From Vulcanimicrobiota bacterium (GTDB lineage: Bacteria; Vulcanimicrobiota; Vulcanimicrobiia; Vulcanimicrobiales; Vulcanimicrobiaceae): a stretch of 20,358 nucleotides of DNA. Shown here piece by piece: positions 16,289 through 20,358 of the stretch. Numbering within the stretch: the first letter of the stretch is position 1; each line of letters opens with the position of its first letter. The notes below the pieces were generated by a model that did no database searches, was not told the origin of the DNA, and was given only the letters and a program-made list of their open reading frames with translations. The translations under genes were made by a program, and so were the position numbers. Location: assembly GCA_003135555.1 (NCBI GenBank), contig PLCF01000026.1:22328-42685 (forward strand), read 5' to 3'.

Positions 16289-18487
16289 ATGCGACGATCG
16301 CTTCCGGCTCGGCTCGTGTTCGCGGCGGCCGCGTTCGCACTGCCGGCCGCAGCCGCAGCCCCCGCGCCTCCGGCACCGCCGCCGGTTCGGACCGTGACCG
16401 AGACCCACTTCGGCATTAGCGTGAGCGACCCGTACCGCTACTTCGAGAATCCCAAAGACCCCGGACTCGCCGCGTACTTCAAAGCGCAGAACGCGTACAC
16501 GCGCCAGGTGCTCGACGCGTTGCCCGGACGCGCGGCGCTGGCCACCCGCATCGCGCAGCTCGACAACGCGACGGAGTCGCTCACTGACGTCCAACCGGTC
16601 GGCGGCACGTTCTTCTACCAGAAGCGCCCGGCAGCCGCGAACACGACGCGGCTCTATGCGCGCGCGGTCGCCGGCGGACCCGAACGGCTGGTATTCGATC
16701 CGGACCGCTTTGCGCGCTCGTCGAAGCAGCACTACACCTTCGACTACTACTCGCCGTCGCCCGACGGCCGCTACCTTGCGATCGGCACCTCCGAAGGCGG
16801 CTCGGAGAAGACGACCCTGCACGTCGTCGACGCGAACACCGGCCGTCTGTTGCCCGACGCGATCGAGCGCGCGATCGCGATCGCTCCGTCGTGGCGCGAC
16901 GACGGCCGATCGTTCTACTATTTCCGTACGCCCGCGCCGCGCAAAGATCAGCCCGAGCGCGAGAAGGACACCAAGGGTGTGGCGCGGCTGCACGTGCTCG
17001 GGCACGACCCCGAGCGCGATCCGGCGATCTTCGGCTACGGGGTGAGCGCCCGCATCCCGTTCGCGCCCGAAGACTACGCGATCGTGAGCGTCTCGCCGCG
17101 CTCGCGCTGGGCGGTCGCAGCGATCGCTCACGGCGTGCAGAACGAGGTCGCGGTCTACGTCGCGCCCGCGTCGGCGGCCGTCGACGGGCGCACACCGTGG
17201 CGCAAGCTCGCCGGCTACGCGGACCACGTCACCGAGGCCATCGCCGTCGGCGACACGCTCTATCTCAGCTCGCACAAAGGCGCTTCGCGGCATCGCATCT
17301 TGGCGTTGGATCTGGCCCTGAGCCCGTCGAAGGGGGGAACCCTGGCGACGGCGCGCGTCGCGGTTCCGGAATCCACGCGCGTCATCGAGGACATCTCGCT
17401 CGCGGGTGACGGCATCTATCTGCGCGACCTCGAAGGCGGGCTCTCGAAGCTGCGCCGGCTCGCGCTCAGCCGCGACGGCTCGCCCGGCGCGCTCGCCGAG
17501 GTCGCGCTGCCGTTCGCCGGTGCGATCGGCAGCGTCGCAACCGATCCGATGGTCCCCGGCGCGACGTTCGTGCTGCAGTCTTGGACCGAGTCGCCGCGCT
17601 GGTATCGCAGCGGGCTCAACATCGCCCTCAGCGACACCGGGCTGCGCCGCGCGTCAGACGTCGACTTCTCCTCGATCACCTCGCGCGAGGTGCTCGCCAC
17701 GAGCGCCGACGGCACGAGGGTCCCCCTCTCGATCGTGATGCGCAAGGACGCGCCGGTCGACGGGATGCGCCCGACGTGGCTCGACGGTTACGGCGCCTAC
17801 GGCATCGTCATCCGGCCCGGGTTCTCGGCGACGCGGCTGGCTTGGCTCGAGCGCGGCGCGATCTATGCCGAATGCCATCCGCGCGGCGGCGGCGAGTACG
17901 GCGAGGATTGGCACTTCGGCGCGCACATCGCCACCAAACAACGGACCGTCGACGACTTCATCGCTTGCGCGCAGTACCTGATCGACCAGAAATACACCCA
18001 GCCCGCCAAGCTGGCCGGCAGCGGCACCAGCGCCGGGGGCGTCACCATCGGCAACGCGATCGTGCAGCACCCCGAGCTCTGGGCGGCGGCGCTCGACGTC
18101 GTCGGCGACACCAATCCGGTGCGCGACGAGTTCGCCGAAGGCGGCCCGGCCAACATCCCGGAGTTCGGTTCGATCGCGAACAAGGTCGGCTGGGACGCAC
18201 TCTACGCCACCGATCCCTACGTGCACGTCCGCGACGGCGTCGCGTATCCGGCCGTGCTGGCGATCACCGGTGCCAACGATCCGCGCGTCGCGCCCTGGAT
18301 CGTCGCGAAGTTCGCGGCCCGGCTGCAAGCGGCGACGTCCAGCCGGAAGCCGGTATTGCTGCGCGTCGACTACGACGCCGGACACGGCTATCTCGGCAGC
18401 TCGCGCGCGCAGGCACAGGCGCTCACCAGCGACGAGTTCTCGTTCTTGTTGTGGCAGCTCGGCGATCCTGAGTTCGCGGCGCCCTAG
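16289..18487 (+). CDS. Secreted prolyl oligopeptidase (S9A)
   Basis: Signal peptide MRRSLPARLVFAAAAFALPAAAAA; DPYRYFE, GYGAYG, RGGGEYGEDWH; triad motifs GTSAGG, NDPRV and AGHG. An alternative in-frame TTG start at 16280 overlaps the upstream TGA. Confidence 0.93.
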   Translation: MRRSLPARLVFAAAAFALPAAAAAPAPPAPPPVRTVTETHFGISVSDPYRYFENPKDPGLAAYFKAQNAYTRQVLDALPGRAALATRIAQLDNATESLTDVQPVGGTFFYQKRPAAANTTRLYARAVAGGPERLVFDPDRFARSSKQHYTFDYYSPSPDGRYLAIGTSEGGSEKTTLHVVDANTGRLLPDAIERAIAIAPSWRDDGRSFYYFRTPAPRKDQPEREKDTKGVARLHVLGHDPERDPAIFGYGVSARIPFAPEDYAIVSVSPRSRWAVAAIAHGVQNEVAVYVAPASAAVDGRTPWRKLAGYADHVTEAIAVGDTLYLSSHKGASRHRILALDLALSPSKGGTLATARVAVPESTRVIEDISLAGDGIYLRDLEGGLSKLRRLALSRDGSPGALAEVALPFAGAIGSVATDPMVPGATFVLQSWTESPRWYRSGLNIALSDTGLRRASDVDFSSITSREVLATSADGTRVPLSIVMRKDAPVDGMRPTWLDGYGAYGIVIRPGFSATRLAWLERGAIYAECHPRGGGEYGEDWHFGAHIATKQRTVDDFIACAQYLIDQKYTQPAKLAGSGTSAGGVTIGNAIVQHPELWAAALDVVGDTNPVRDEFAEGGPANIPEFGSIANKVGWDALYATDPYVHVRDGVAYPAVLAITGANDPRVAPWIVAKFAARLQAATSSRKPVLLRVDYDAGHGYLGSSRAQAQALTSDEFSFLLWQLGDPEFAAP

Positions 18488-19920
18488 CGACCGGGCGTCT
18501 CGAAACGGATGAAGCCGCGGCGATAGTCGAGGACGAGGTTATAGCGCCGCAGCACGCGCACGCCGACGTTCGCGGCGACGGTGGGGTTCGCTTCGGCGCC
18601 GGCGACCGCGTCGGTGAGCAGCAGCGGGACGTCGGCGATGTGCAGCGTGCCGAGCCGCAGCTCCCCGCCGTGCGCGAAGTAGGCGTGGATCGGCCCGCCG
18701 ACGCCGGCGATCGGATAGTCGGATGTGACCGCGTGATAGCGCGCGCGCAGATCGTGCAACTGCACGAACGGCGCATTGACGTCGACCCCGCTCCCGCTTC
18801 CGGTGTCGATCGTCATGACGCCCGGGATCCCGTCGAGCGCGCCGTCGAGCTGCGGCTGGCGCTCGTCGAAGACGAACGGCACGTCGACGCCGGGTCCGTC
18901 GAACGCGCGCCCGTCGGTCGCGAGCTCGAACCGTTCGTGCTCGAAGTCCAAGCGCACGGCAAAGCGCGCGAGCAGCTCGTAACCGACGATCCCGTCGAAC
19001 GGCGCCGCCTTGCCGAGGTCGAGCACGACGAACGGCTGATCCCGCATGATCGCGGGCCCGATGGCGACGCTGCGCGCAGTCGCGTACTGAACGTTCGCCA
19101 GGCCCGCGCCGGCGCCGCCGACGCTTCCGCGGCCGGCGACTTGTAAGCCGGCGCGGCGTGCCGCGTCCGGCGTGATCACATTTTGCCCGCCGGTGTCGAG
19201 CAGAAACCGCAGCGGCTCGCCCCCGTTGACCGACAGCACGATGACCGGGACCGGAAAGGACGACACCAGGTGGCCGACGTGCACGCCGGCAAGCTCGAAG
19301 TCGCGCGGCGGCGCGGGCGGGGCAAACGTGGTGGCCGGGACAGACGCCGGCGTCTCGACGGCGCTCACGCGCGCTTCCCACGTTCCGTTGTCCGACGTGT
19401 CCGTGATCGCGTAGGGCACGATGAGCTCGCCCGCGACGCGATAATCGGCGAACGTCGTACGCTCCGTCTGCTGGCCGACGTGTTGCACGACCGCGGTCAC
19501 GTTGCCCGTCGCCGAATCGACCGCGACCTCCGGCGCTCGCGAACCGCAGCCGCACGGCTGCGTGTGCGGAGTGAGCAGGTGCGACCACGCGACGATCGCG
19601 CCGCGCTCGTCGACGTTGCCTTGCGCGCGCGGCATCCCGGTCGCGTCGGCGCGCCACGCGTGCGTGCCGTCCCAGCCTTCGCGCTCCGAGACGGAGCCGG
19701 CGTCGAAGCGGCGCACGAACGATCCGCTCGCGCGGTCGACAACGATCTCCCCGCGGCCGCGAATACCGTACGCGGTGACGTCGAGCAGCAAGCGCACGTA
19801 GCGGGGCGCGCGCGCGGCCGGCGCCGCCTGTCGGATCACCCGGATATCTGGGACCGCGCTCGCGTGCAGAGGGGAAGCGGGGAGTGCGAGCGCGGCCGTG
19901 ACGGCCATAAAGAACGTCAC
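18484..19920 (-). CDS. Secreted aspartyl protease with two retropepsin-like domains
   Basis: Signal peptide; FLLDTGG...DGIVG and TIDTGS...ANVG motif pairs. Its stop overlaps the peptidase stop in CTAG (18484-18487). The start is GTG 19920 or ATG 19908. Confidence 0.85.
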   Translation of the reverse strand: MTFFMAVTAALALPASPLHASAVPDIRVIRQAAPAARAPRYVRLLLDVTAYGIRGRGEIVVDRASGSFVRRFDAGSVSEREGWDGTHAWRADATGMPRAQGNVDERGAIVAWSHLLTPHTQPCGCGSRAPEVAVDSATGNVTAVVQHVGQQTERTTFADYRVAGELIVPYAITDTSDNGTWEARVSAVETPASVPATTFAPPAPPRDFELAGVHVGHLVSSFPVPVIVLSVNGGEPLRFLLDTGGQNVITPDAARRAGLQVAGRGSVGGAGAGLANVQYATARSVAIGPAIMRDQPFVVLDLGKAAPFDGIVGYELLARFAVRLDFEHERFELATDGRAFDGPGVDVPFVFDERQPQLDGALDGIPGVMTIDTGSGSGVDVNAPFVQLHDLRARYHAVTSDYPIAGVGGPIHAYFAHGGELRLGTLHIADVPLLLTDAVAGAEANPTVAANVGVRVLRRYNLVLDYRRGFIRFETPGR

Positions 19921-19944
19921 GGCCTCGCGTTTAGGCGAAAGGCC

Positions 19945-20358
19945 TCAGCGTCCCCGCCGGTTGCCGCTGCGCGCGCCGCCGTTGAAGCTGCGCTTCCCGG
20001 TGAAGCCGCCGGTGCTGCGCGGCGGCGCGAACCGCCGCTGCTGCTCCGGCGCCACGGTCGCCGGCGCCCGCTCGGGGAGGATAGGCACCTGCGAGCGGTC
20101 GATGCGGCGGCCGACGGCCTTCTCGATGTCGCGGAAGAGACGCTCCTCTTCGTGCGAGACGAAGGTGATCGCGTCGCCGGTCTGCTCGGCGCGGGCCGTG
20201 CGGCCGACGCGGTGGACGTAGTCTTCGGGGACCATCGGGACGTCATAGTTGACGACGTGACCGAGATCGACGATGTCGATCCCGCGCGCCGCGACGTCGG
20301 TCGCGACGAGCACGCGCACCTTGCCGCGCTTGAAATCGGCCAGCGCGCGGGTGCGCTG
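19945..20358 (-). CDS. DEAD-box RNA helicase (RhlE-like), C-terminal part; begins beyond the right edge
   Basis: The frame is open from base 20358 ([28 protein letters not shown]). Motif V (ARGID), motif VI ([11 protein letters not shown]) and a basic Gly/Arg tail are present. Confidence 0.95.
   Translation of the reverse strand, partial: QRTRALADFKRGKVRVLVATDVAARGIDIVDLGHVVNYDVPMVPEDYVHRVGRTARAEQTGDAITFVSHEEERLFRDIEKAVGRRIDRSQVPILPERAPATVAPEQQRRFAPPRSTGGFTGKRSFNGGARSGNRRGR

Noticed and set aside
5521..16376. Long minus-strand ORFs (5521..7263, 7811..8917, 9505..11706, 13617..16376)
   Set aside because: Antisense mirrors of well-supported genes, expected with high GC at third codon positions; no recognisable motifs.
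16289..19920. S9 peptidase or aspartyl protease as maturases for the hairpin precursor
   Set aside because: They lie ~16 kb away beyond an unrelated housekeeping operon, and nothing in the sequence links them to it.

Overview
GC-rich bacterial window; the taxon cannot be fixed from sequence alone. The left 2.8 kb is an accessory cluster: a truncated secreted protein (<1..291, absent from the ORF track), a 104-aa secreted precursor ending in a symmetric Tyr/Val/Arg-rich 4-Cys beta-hairpin, a Vgb-like 7-bladed propeller lipoprotein and a Lys-free tandem beta-trefoil-like protein. Next come a GH63/MGH1-like glucosidase and a small, probably leaderless gene. A ~12.5 kb + strand run follows: flavoprotein disulfide reductase, glgB, glgX, malQ, an NDP-sugar pyrophosphorylase/phosphomutase fusion and a secreted S9A prolyl oligopeptidase. 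The window ends with a convergent double-retropepsin protease and the 3' end of a DEAD-box helicase. Two things stand out. (1) The disulfide-clamped 'tyrosine-zipper' hairpin precursor. (2) MIRU-like inserts at operon junctions: a 20-nt unit ATGACGGAGTCACGGTGCGC (1 copy at 7308, 3 tandem copies at 9496) and an unrelated 134-nt unit at 13639. Each forms a mini-ORF whose stop overlaps the next start as NTGA, so translational coupling appears preserved along the operon.
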